A stretch of 64,000 nt of DNA from NCBI GenBank assembly GCA_965243135.1, contig OZ251539.1:4448001-4512000 (forward strand). The letters are read 5' to 3'. Each line of letters begins with the position of its first letter. The first letter of the stretch is position 1. The DNA is from Alphaproteobacteria bacterium (lineage in GTDB: Bacteria > Pseudomonadota > Alphaproteobacteria > MPNO01 > UBA830). Positions 38,812 to 47,964 of this stretch are shown piece after piece. Both the position numbers and the translations under genes were made by a program. A model generated the notes under the pieces. That model was given only the letters and a program-made list of their open reading frames with translations. It was not told where the DNA came from and did not search any database.

Positions 38812-40613
38812 TGGCGAAGATCAACGTCACGAAGACCGAACTGGTCTGGCCCGGCAAATATAACGATGACGGGTCACTTAAGGAAGTTCCGCGGGTTAAT
38901 CTGCCGTTCCAGATCATCGAGACCGTCAACGAGAGCCGTGCCACCCGCGAGGCGAAGAGGGGCGGCGTGCAGACATCGCTGTTCGACGTCTACGAGGGTA
39001 ACGAGGGCGACACCTTCGAGGAAGGATGGAAGAACAAGCTCATCTGGGGCGACAACCTGCTGGTGATGGGATCGCTCTTGGAGAAGTTCGCAGGGAAAGT
39101 CGATCTGATCTACATTGATCCGCCATTCGCTACGGGGGCAGATTTTTCGTTTACTGCGGAGATTGGTGAATCTGGCCTCAATCTGGAAAAGGAACAGACG
39201 CTAATCGAGGAAAAAGTATATCGGGACACTTGGGGATCAGGTACAGCATCATATCTCAATATGGTGCAGATGAGACTTAATTTACTCAGAGATATATTGA
39301 GCCCTACAGGCAGTATTATCCTCCATTGTGATTTTCGACTCTCCCATCTGCTCGGTGTAGTCCTTGATGAAATATTCGGACTTGGGGATCGGGGGTCTCG
39401 CGCAGATGAACCAGGTTTCCGAAACGAGGTAGTGTGGTTATACGGTCTTGGCGGATCGAGTCCAAAGTGTTATCCAAAGAAACATGACTGCCTACTTTGG
39501 TATTCAAAATCCACTCAATGGTTTTTTGATCCTCCAAAGATTCCGGCAACATCTCAGCGAATGAAGGGGCAGGATAAGAAGTGTCCTGACTATTGGGATA
39601 TTCCCAATATTAATAATATGGCTGACGAGCGTACAGGTTATCCCACACAAAAACCAGAAGCATTGCTGGAGAGAGTTGTCTCTGCGCACTCACGCCCAGG
39701 AGAACTTGTTGCCGATTTTTTCTGCGGCTCCGGTACGACTCTTGCTGTCGCCGAGAAACTCGGACGCCGTTGGATCGGCTGCGACCTAGGACGATGGGGC
39801 ATCCACGTTACCCGAAAGCGGCTGCTCGGTATCCAGAACTGCAAGCCCTTCGATTTGCTGAATCTAGGCAAATACGAACGCCAATACTGGCAAGGCGTAA
39901 CCTTCGGAGAACAAAAAAGCAAGCCCGTTGCCGAGCGAGCACTTTTCGAATATCTTTCCTTTATCCTCAAGCTTTACGGTGCCCAGCCAGTGGCGGGCAA
40001 TGACCATCTGCATGGCAAGAAGTACAAGGCCATGGTCCATATCGGTGCTGTGGATGCGCCAGTAACCATCGGCGAAATCGCATTCACGGTAGAAGAATGC
40101 GTCAAGCTGAAGCAGAAGGAATTGCACGTTCTCGGTTGGGAATGGGAAATGGGCGTTCAGGATCTCGTGGTTCAAGAAGCGAGGCGCAAGGGCGTCAAAC
40201 TACTGCTGTTACAGATCCCTCGCGAGGTCATGGAACAACAGGCCGCCGACAAGGGTGACGTTCGCTTTTTCGAGTTGGCATACTTGGACGCTGTGATCAA
40301 GAAGCCGAAGAAACTCGTCGCGCAAGTGGCGCTCAAGGATTTTGTGATCCCCAACGCCGAGCTCGTCCCGGACGAGGTGCGGAGCAAGATCACGAAGTGG
40401 TCGGACTACATCGACTATTGGGCGGTGGATTGGGATTTCCGAAACGACACCTTCATACAGGGATGGGTGGCCTACCGCACCCGTAAGGACCGGACACTGT
40501 CCCTCGTGTCCGGCGCGCACGCCTATGAGAAGACGGGTCAGTATCAGGTGCTGGTCAAGGTCATCGACATCTTTGGCAACGATACGTCGCAAGCATACGA
40601 GGTCAATGTATAG
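38811..40613 (+). CDS. mod: Type III RM modification methyltransferase
   Basis: NKLIWGDNL, LIYIDPPF, YPTQKPE.LL, DFFCGSGTT, VKVIDIFGND. Confidence 0.9.
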   Translation: MAKINVTKTELVWPGKYNDDGSLKEVPRVNLPFQIIETVNESRATREAKRGGVQTSLFDVYEGNEGDTFEEGWKNKLIWGDNLLVMGSLLEKFAGKVDLIYIDPPFATGADFSFTAEIGESGLNLEKEQTLIEEKVYRDTWGSGTASYLNMVQMRLNLLRDILSPTGSIILHCDFRLSHLLGVVLDEIFGLGDRGSRADEPGFRNEVVWLYGLGGSSPKCYPKKHDCLLWYSKSTQWFFDPPKIPATSQRMKGQDKKCPDYWDIPNINNMADERTGYPTQKPEALLERVVSAHSRPGELVADFFCGSGTTLAVAEKLGRRWIGCDLGRWGIHVTRKRLLGIQNCKPFDLLNLGKYERQYWQGVTFGEQKSKPVAERALFEYLSFILKLYGAQPVAGNDHLHGKKYKAMVHIGAVDAPVTIGEIAFTVEECVKLKQKELHVLGWEWEMGVQDLVVQEARRKGVKLLLLQIPREVMEQQAADKGDVRFFELAYLDAVIKKPKKLVAQVALKDFVIPNAELVPDEVRSKITKWSDYIDYWAVDWDFRNDTFIQGWVAYRTRKDRTLSLVSGAHAYEKTGQYQVLVKVIDIFGNDTSQAYEVNV

Positions 40614-40953
40614 CGCAATGCTGATGCTTCACCCCGAAGAACAAACTTGGCTGGACGAATATCGAAAGGCACTCGGCGAACGGTACCCAGGTGCGGTCTT
40701 GCGCATGGTCATATACGGATCAAAGGCGCGAGGCGATGCGCGAGAGAACAGCGACCTGGATGTACTCATCATTGTCAGAAACGAAGCGACCGCTCTCAAG
40801 ATCCCTCTCCGGTGTATCGGCTACGATCTGGCTACGGAGTCATACGCCGTACCCTCCATTATGGCGTATACGCAGGCCGAATGGGATCGCCTAGAGGCCT
40901 TACGCTCGGCTTACCGGGAATCGGTCGAACGCGACGGGATAACGGTGCTGTGA
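40606..40953 (+). CDS. Minimal nucleotidyltransferase (MNT) antitoxin
   Basis: YGSKARGDARENSDLDVL; C-terminal VERDGI. Confidence 0.85.
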   Translation: MYSAMLMLHPEEQTWLDEYRKALGERYPGAVLRMVIYGSKARGDARENSDLDVLIIVRNEATALKIPLRCIGYDLATESYAVPSIMAYTQAEWDRLEALRSAYRESVERDGITVL

Positions 40954-41252
40954 ACCGGGAAATGACGGCGGCAGAGCGGCGCGCAGTGAAGTCTCTGGGC
41001 ACCGCCAAAATCCTGATGCGCTCCGGCTACCCGGAGGATGCAGTGTCCCGGTGCTACTATGCGGTTCTGCATGCCGCCAAATCGGCGCTGTTCGTGCACG
41101 ATGTCGACACTGCGAGTCATGCCGCGGTGCGCAGGATGTTCGGCCTCCATCTTGTGCGTTGGGGCGAAGTCGAACAGCAATGGGCGAGTGCGCTCGCTCG
41201 GACGATGGACGGCCGACTGATGGCCGACTACAGCGCAGATGCGCGCTTATGA
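40950..41252 (+). CDS. HEPN domain protein, C-terminus apparently frameshifted
   Basis: GTGA overlap; AVSRCYYAVLHAAK, SH, R..ADY. A probable tail (..DQQLELEHGND) continues out of frame to ~41360. Confidence 0.75.
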   Translation: MNREMTAAERRAVKSLGTAKILMRSGYPEDAVSRCYYAVLHAAKSALFVHDVDTASHAAVRRMFGLHLVRWGEVEQQWASALARTMDGRLMADYSADARL

Positions 41253-41391
41253 GGAAACCCGAGGCTGCGCAGGTCGAACCAAGGCGTTCATCAAACGGTA
41301 GTATCTGTTGGCCAAGGACTTGACCGATCAGCAGCTAGAACTGGAGCATGGCAATGACTGAAACTATCATCGCCGGGGAGGCGAAGTAGCC

Positions 41392-44250
41392 ATGGCAAAC
41401 GCCGTCATTCGCTACGACAGGGAGCTGCCGGAGATTCGAGGCCGCCGACCGTGGGAGCCGCCCGTTTCCCATCTGGTCAAGGACGACGACGGCTGGCACG
41501 AAGACGACTCCGGCCGCCGGCCGAGTAGGCTGTTGCTGGCGCCGAAGATTCGCGATGCGGTGAACGCTTGGCGCGACGGCGGGTATCAGGGCGCCTCCGA
41601 AGTCACCCGACGTCTGTTGGAATACTGGTTCGAGGAAGATCACGAGGTCGACGACTTCGACGTGCCGTTCCGATACCACTTCTGCCAGCGCGAGGCGATA
41701 GAGACGTTGATCTGGCTGGTGGAAATCAATGGCCAGCGCGACGCGAAAGCGTTGATCGAGGCCCACGGAACGATCGTTCAGAGGGATCTGGCTTCGAAGA
41801 ACCTCGAGTTCCAGACGACGATGGAAGGGAAGCGCCAGCTTCGCCGCTACATCCCGGAACGGGAAGCGGAAGGCGTGCAGGATCTGCCGCCCGAGAACCT
41901 GCGCCGGTTCGCCTTCAAGATGGCCACCGGCTCGGGCAAGACTTGGGCAATGGTGATGGCCATCGTCTGGTCCCGCCTCCACAAGCAGCACGTTTCCGGT
42001 TCGGACATGTCGACGAATTTCCTCGTCGTCGCGCCCAACGTCATCGTGTATCAACGGTTGGAGAAGGACTTCGCGAACAATCGGATATTCCGTCGGCTTC
42101 CGCTCGTTCCGCCGGAATGGCGGGGCGGTTTCTCACAGAAAGTGATTCTTCGAGGGGAGGCCACCGAACCAGATCCGTCAGGAAATCTTTTTCTTACCAA
42201 CATTCACCAACTCTACGAGTCGCGCGACCACGATTGGACACCGGGGAACGCCGTCGAGGCGCTTCTAGGCATGAAGCCGTCGCAAGACCTCGCGTCGTCC
42301 GCTCAGCGCTCAATGTTGGAACGGATTATGTCGCTCAAGGACCTCGTCGTGTTGAACGACGAAGCGCATCATGTCCACGACGATGCCCTTTGGAACAAAT
42401 CGCTTCTCGCCGTTCACGAAGCGCTGCCGCACGGCCTTGGTGCTTGGCTCGATTTCTCGGCCACGCCGAAGGACCAGAACGGCATGTATTTCCCCTGGAC
42501 GGTCGTGGATTACCCGCTAGCGCAAGCCGTAGAAGATCGAATCGTCAAAGCCCCCATCATCGTCACAAAGGAGGCCGACCAGAATCAGCCGACCGAAGAT
42601 CCCCACGTGAAGGACATTAACAGGCACAACGTGGCGGAGAAGTACGGCTACTGGCTACAGGCCGCGGTTCGGCGCTGGAAGGAGCACCAAAAGGCGTACA
42701 AGAAGCTGGGCATCAGGCCAGTGCTCTTCATCATGGCGGAGAAGAACGTCTACGCCGACGTCTTGGGCGAGCATCTATGGAACACCAAGGAGTTCGGCTT
42801 CAAACAGTCCGAGGTGCTCGTCATCCATACCAACAATGAAGGTGAGATCAACAACGAGCGTGATCTCGAAAAGGCCCGGCAAGCGGCCCGAGACATCGAC
42901 GACGCCGACAGCAGGATCAAGGCCATCGTCAGCGTGATGATGCTGCGCGAGGGATGGGACGTGCGCAACGTGACTGTCGTGCTGGGCCTGCGGCCGTTCA
43001 CCGCCACAGCCGAAATCCTCCCAGAGCAGGTGATCGGGCGCGGGTTGCGCCTGATGACGCAGGTAAGTCCGGACCGGACGCAGACCCTGGAAGTGCTCGG
43101 CACGCGCAATCTGCTCAACGTCCTCCGCGAGCAACTGGAGGCGGAAGGCGTCGGTGTGGCGAGCACGCCGACCAATCCGCCATCGCCGATCGTCATCGAA
43201 CCGGTGAAGGAACGACTGGAGTACGACATTGCCGTTCCCATCACCAAACCCAGCCTGAAGCACGACCACCGCAAGCTATCGAATCTGGACGTGCAGTCCC
43301 TCAAGCCGGTATTCGATCAGAAAGAGCTCGACGAGCGGTTCCGGATCACGCTGAAACTGGAATTCGCCACGACCGAAACCGAAGTGCATCACGAAGACAT
43401 CCCCGGCGGCGGGCGGCCCGTCGAGGAAATCCTGGCCGACGTGACCAACTTGGTGGCTGGCAAGGCAGGGCTGACCAATCGTTTCGCGGAGTTGTACCCT
43501 AAGATACGCGAGTACGTCGGGAGTCGGTGTTTCGGCCGGGAGGTCGACATGGACGACGACGCCCTCCGCTCCCATCTGGCCCGACTGGAAATAAGGGAAG
43601 GCATCGCCGATTACCTTGTCCGCAAGATCGCCGATCTCACCGTCGAACGCCGAGAGATCGAATTCGACAAGGAGGGCTTCCGCCTGTCCGAAACCAGACC
43701 CTTCAGCTGGCGGCGAAACCTTCCGCCTCTGGAAGCGCGGAAAACGGTGTTCAATTTCGTCGCCACCTACAACGATTTCGAGCGCGGCTTTGCGGAATTC
43801 ATGGACGGAGCGGAGGACATCCTGCGCTTCGCTGCGTTGGGCACGACGGAACAGGGGGCCTCCGGCACGTCGTTCCGCGTCGATTACCTGAAGCCGAGCG
43901 GCACCATCGGGTTCTACTACCCGGACTGGGTGGCCGTTCAGCGCGACGCAGAAGGCGGGATAGTCAACTGGATCGTCGAGACCAAGGGCCGCGTCTGGGA
44001 AGGCACCGACGAGAAAGATGCCGCTATGCAGGAATGGTGCCGACGCGTTACCGAGGCAACGGGCGATGCCTGGAAGTACATCCGCGTGAACCAGATCGAT
44101 TTCCGCCCGGACTTCGCCACTTTTCGAGCGCTCGTATTCGCCTTGGTCGGCAAGGTCATGACTCGAAAGCGCGACGCGAGCGGAGCCATCATGTCGCGCG
44201 AGGAGTTTCTTCAATGGCGGGATGAGGGTCGTCGCGAATGGCCATTGTGA
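41392..44250 (+). CDS. res: Type III restriction endonuclease Res subunit (SF2 helicase + PD-(D/E)XK)
   Basis: QREAIET, KMATGSGKT, NDEAHH, SATP, MLREGWD, QVIGRGLR, YYPDW...VETKG. Confidence 0.92.
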   Translation: MANAVIRYDRELPEIRGRRPWEPPVSHLVKDDDGWHEDDSGRRPSRLLLAPKIRDAVNAWRDGGYQGASEVTRRLLEYWFEEDHEVDDFDVPFRYHFCQREAIETLIWLVEINGQRDAKALIEAHGTIVQRDLASKNLEFQTTMEGKRQLRRYIPEREAEGVQDLPPENLRRFAFKMATGSGKTWAMVMAIVWSRLHKQHVSGSDMSTNFLVVAPNVIVYQRLEKDFANNRIFRRLPLVPPEWRGGFSQKVILRGEATEPDPSGNLFLTNIHQLYESRDHDWTPGNAVEALLGMKPSQDLASSAQRSMLERIMSLKDLVVLNDEAHHVHDDALWNKSLLAVHEALPHGLGAWLDFSATPKDQNGMYFPWTVVDYPLAQAVEDRIVKAPIIVTKEADQNQPTEDPHVKDINRHNVAEKYGYWLQAAVRRWKEHQKAYKKLGIRPVLFIMAEKNVYADVLGEHLWNTKEFGFKQSEVLVIHTNNEGEINNERDLEKARQAARDIDDADSRIKAIVSVMMLREGWDVRNVTVVLGLRPFTATAEILPEQVIGRGLRLMTQVSPDRTQTLEVLGTRNLLNVLREQLEAEGVGVASTPTNPPSPIVIEPVKERLEYDIAVPITKPSLKHDHRKLSNLDVQSLKPVFDQKELDERFRITLKLEFATTETEVHHEDIPGGGRPVEEILADVTNLVAGKAGLTNRFAELYPKIREYVGSRCFGREVDMDDDALRSHLARLEIREGIADYLVRKIADLTVERREIEFDKEGFRLSETRPFSWRRNLPPLEARKTVFNFVATYNDFERGFAEFMDGAEDILRFAALGTTEQGASGTSFRVDYLKPSGTIGFYYPDWVAVQRDAEGGIVNWIVETKGRVWEGTDEKDAAMQEWCRRVTEATGDAWKYIRVNQIDFRPDFATFRALVFALVGKVMTRKRDASGAIMSREEFLQWRDEGRREWPL

Positions 44251-44645
44251 TCGATGCTTCCATCGCCATCGCTTGGCGCCTGCGGGATCGTGAAGGAATG
44301 CCTTATGCCGATTCCGCGATCGAACGGGGTGGGCTGGAGAGCGTCGTCGTGCCGGATTTGTTCTGGCACGAAGTGCGCGACGTCCTGCTGGTCGCGGAGC
44401 GCAAAGGGCGCGTTGACGCCGACACTGCGGAAGATCATCTGAAAGACCTGCGCCAACTATCTTTCCAATCCGACGGCGATCAAAGTGACGATCTGATCGC
44501 CGAGCTGGTCCGTCGCCACGGCCTCAGCGGCTACGACGCAGCGTACCTGGAGACTGCGATACGCCGCGGGGCTAAACTCGCCACCCTCGACAAGAGCCTC
44601 GCGGATGCCGCTGCCAAAGAGGGCGTTTTCATGGAGGGCGACTGA
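44238..44645 (+). CDS. vapC: VapC/PIN toxin
   Basis: IVIDAS, WHEV, LSGYDAAYL, LATLD; overlaps the res 3' end by 13 nt. Confidence 0.9.
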   Translation: MAIVIDASIAIAWRLRDREGMPYADSAIERGGLESVVVPDLFWHEVRDVLLVAERKGRVDADTAEDHLKDLRQLSFQSDGDQSDDLIAELVRRHGLSGYDAAYLETAIRRGAKLATLDKSLADAAAKEGVFMEGD

Positions 44646-45047
44646 TCTCGCATCAGGCGAATTGTTCTTGGAAGGGCTGTTCGCCCGCCTGCGAGTCCAC
44701 GTTTTCCCAAGGGTCTGATCCGCCGGGCGAGCGCGCCCGAGGCACACCGCATGTGAATGGAAATGACGGGAAACTTCGACGTTGCTGATCGCCATCGCGC
44801 AAATCGTCGTCAGCAAGTCGCCATCGTCGCCTACGGCATCCGGCGAACAATAGACGAGCGGCATACGCGCGAGCAAGACCGGAGACACATTGGAAGCCAT
44901 GCGCGCGCTGGAAACGCTGGCGCGCCGGAAGAGCTTCCTGAGCGCCCCGCACGGTGCCGCTTCCCTCCTTGAAAAATGGTCGGGCCCCCGAATGTCGGCG
45001 CCGCGGGCGCGCCGTTCGACGCCGGGCCGAAAACCGGCACTGGCATC

Positions 45048-45290
45048 TCAGGCTTCCCGAAGCATCTTGAGGGCATGGCGAAAAGGCTGGCGGCCGTGCG
45101 CTGGACGCATGCGCCATCGTGCAGGAGAATACCGTAGGTGAAGCGGTCGCTCGCAGCCTCCTTCAAGTGCGCCAGCCCGCGGAAGTCTTTCGGCTGCTCT
45201 GTCGCGCCCACCATGACCCTGACGGTCCCGTCCGGGGAGCGCTCCGGAACCAGATGCAACCCGTCGACGAGGTCGGCACGTTCGGAAACG
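45048..45290 (-). pseudogene. C-terminal remnant of an AAA_14/DUF4143 ATP-binding protein
   Basis: DFRGLAHLKEAASDRF..GILLHDG...LFAMP; no N-terminal part. Confidence 0.6.
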
Positions 45291-45662
45291 TCCAGACGGT
45301 TCCAAGCTGCGGCGCACCCGGCAGCCCCCACCCGCTCGCGGTGCCCGTAGAACTATTCGCTTGTCCGTCGCGAGAGCGCAAAGGGCTGGTCTGCGAATGT
45401 CCGCGGGGGAAGCCGAACTCGCGGCAACCTTCTGCGGCTGGCGCGCGAAAGGTGCGGCCCGGCGGACAACGGCCCGCTGCTGCGCCCAGACACGCTCGGG
45501 CTCTGCTTGACAAGATTCTGTCTATTCGTAGCGCTTTAGCGAATGCGCGAATCGGTCGTCTCTGAGCGGATTTGCGCTCGCAGGGCAGCGCCAGCATCTT
45601 GATTCCCGCATCTTCTTGCGGGAGAGTTTCGGAAAAACGATCCTCCGAGTAGTTTCGAGACG

Positions 45663-47438
45663 ATGAGCCGCAAGAAACGACGAAGGCTGCCCGGCAAGCC
45701 GACAAAGCGGCCCGCCCCGCCGCCGGCGCACTTGCCGGCCTCGGCAGCGACGATCACTGGAGATTGGTTCGCGCAGCCGCTTGCCGCCCCGGTTCTCGCT
45801 CTTTTGGTGACCGTCAGCTACGGCCCTGCGTTCTTTGCCGGCTTCGTATGGGACGACGCGGTATTCACGGAAGCTGGAGCGATCCAGGATTGGTCCGGCT
45901 TGTTTCGCATCTGGCTCTCTCCCCGCGCCTTGGAGAACGAGGGACACTACTGGCCGCTGGTCTATACGACCTTCTGGCTTGAGCACAAGCTCTGGGGGTT
46001 CGCTCCGGCCGGCTACCACATCGTCAACGTTCTCCTGCACATCGCCAACACCCTGCTTCTCTGGCGCCTGGCCGAACGGCTGGCCGTACCCGGCGCGTGG
46101 GCGATCGCCGCCGTCTTCGCCGTCCATCCCCTGCACGTCGAGTCCGTCGCTTGGGTCATCGAACGCAAGGACCTGCTCTCGGGCCTGTTCTACCTCGCCG
46201 CCTTCCTGACCTGGATCCGCTTCGTCGAGCGGCCGCGGCCCGGGCGTTACCTCCTGGTGCTGGCGCTGTTCGCGCTGGGAATGCTCTGCAAATCCATCGT
46301 GGTGACGCTGCCCGCGGCGCTGGCGATCTGGCACTGGTGGAAGCAGGGCCGGATCTCGGGAACCGACCTTCTCCGGCTGGCGCCTCTCGCCGCCGCGGGC
46401 GCGGCGATCGCGGCGCTGGACGTGTCGTTCTACAACGAGAGGGAGCCGGTTTCCCTGGGCTACACGGCGGTCGAGCGGATGCTGATCGCGGCGCAGGCGC
46501 TGTGGTTCTACGTCGGCAAGCTGCTGTGGCCGGGCGGGCTGGCGGTGATCTATCCGCATTGGGAAGTGAGCGCCGGAAACCCGGCGGGGTGGGCCTGCCT
46601 CGCGGCGGCGGCAGCGGCTGTCGCGGTCCTGTGGCTCCTCCGTCATCGGCTCGGCCGGGGGGCCCTGGCGGGCGTTCTCTTCTTTGTGGTGACGCTGTCG
46701 CCGGTTCTGGGGTTCGTGGACTACGGCTACATGCAGTTCTCGTTCGTGGCCGACCGCCACCAGTATCTGGCGGGGATCGGGCTGATCGCGGTGCTCGTGG
46801 GCGCGGCGGCGCGCGGCGCGAGCCGCCTGCCGACGTGGCGCAAGGGCGCGGCCGGCGCCGCGGCCGTCGTGCTGGTCGTCCTCGGGGTGCTGACGTGGCG
46901 GCACGCGGAAATCTATCGCGACGAAGTGACCTTCTTCGCTCATGTCGTCGCGCACAACCCGACGGCGCGCGGCGCGCAACAAAATCTCGGCAAAGCCCTG
47001 CTGGCCGCGCAACGCCCGGAGGAAGCGCTGGCCGCTTCCCGCGCAGCGGTGGAACACGCGCCGGACGACGTCAAGGCCCACGCGAACGCAGGCGCCGCGC
47101 TCATACGGATGGGCCGGCTCGACGAGGCGGAAGAGCAACTGCGCCGCGCCCTGGAGATCGATCCGAGTCATCCGATCGTTCTCCAAAATCTGGCGGAGTC
47201 CTTGCGGAAACTGGGAAGATTCGAGGAAGCGCTCCAGTTCTACCGCGCCGCGATAAAGGCGAACGTCGGAAACGCCCTCCCGCACGCGGGCCTGGGCCAC
47301 GCGCTGGTTGGCCTCGAACGGTACGAGGAGGCCGTCAAAAGCCTCGATCGGGCGCTGGAGCTGGCGCCGGATCTCGATTCGGTCCGCGCCATGCGCGAAA
47401 CGGCGATGTCGCGTCTTCGGAAGGCGGGAGATCGTTGA
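45663..47438 (+). CDS. TMTC-like GT-C glycosyltransferase with C-terminal TPRs (copy 1)
   Basis: FVWDD, YWPL, HIVNVLLH, FAVHPLHVESVAWV, ADRHQY, multiple TMs, TPR motifs. Confidence 0.85.
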   Translation: MSRKKRRRLPGKPTKRPAPPPAHLPASAATITGDWFAQPLAAPVLALLVTVSYGPAFFAGFVWDDAVFTEAGAIQDWSGLFRIWLSPRALENEGHYWPLVYTTFWLEHKLWGFAPAGYHIVNVLLHIANTLLLWRLAERLAVPGAWAIAAVFAVHPLHVESVAWVIERKDLLSGLFYLAAFLTWIRFVERPRPGRYLLVLALFALGMLCKSIVVTLPAALAIWHWWKQGRISGTDLLRLAPLAAAGAAIAALDVSFYNEREPVSLGYTAVERMLIAAQALWFYVGKLLWPGGLAVIYPHWEVSAGNPAGWACLAAAAAAVAVLWLLRHRLGRGALAGVLFFVVTLSPVLGFVDYGYMQFSFVADRHQYLAGIGLIAVLVGAAARGASRLPTWRKGAAGAAAVVLVVLGVLTWRHAEIYRDEVTFFAHVVAHNPTARGAQQNLGKALLAAQRPEEALAASRAAVEHAPDDVKAHANAGAALIRMGRLDEAEEQLRRALEIDPSHPIVLQNLAESLRKLGRFEEALQFYRAAIKANVGNALPHAGLGHALVGLERYEEAVKSLDRALELAPDLDSVRAMRETAMSRLRKAGDR

Positions 47439-47964
47439 AGGCAAGCCTGTCTCGAAACGAGCCGGCCGTTTTCGGGGCCGCGGTCGCGAAAAGCCCGGAA
47501 GCGCGACACGGAGATCCCCCCGGCTCGAACTTTCGGACGGAGACGTCTCGCCGCGCTTTTCGCACAAGCCGTCGACGGCGCCGTGCTCGGACGGGCCGTG
47601 TCGGCATTCTCCCGGCCGGATTTGGAATCCGGGCGAAAAACGCCCTGCCGACGGGACGTTCTTGGGGAAGGCCGCTCAACCCTGCTTGCGTTCAGGAAAC
47701 GGGCCGGCGGCGAGTTCCTCGGAAACGACATGCCCGCCGGGCGGGTCCTGGCGGCAAGCCGACTTGCCCCGGTTCCAGCCGCCGAGACGAAGGCAGGACG
47801 GCCGCGCCGCCGACGCGGCAGCGCGTCCATCAGCCGAAGCCGGCGGCATAGCCGGAATCCGCCGTCGGCATCCCTTCGGACGAGCGAAGCCCGCCGCCGG
47901 CATTTTGCAACCGAACGACGCCTGTGGCATGGTCCGGTCGGACGCTCAGCGAAGGGTGACGGCA

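Noticed and set aside
47440-47960. GC-rich intergenic hairpins as a REP or ncRNA family (also 12600-13010)
   Set aside because: No clearly repeated unit or consistent structure could be established by eye.
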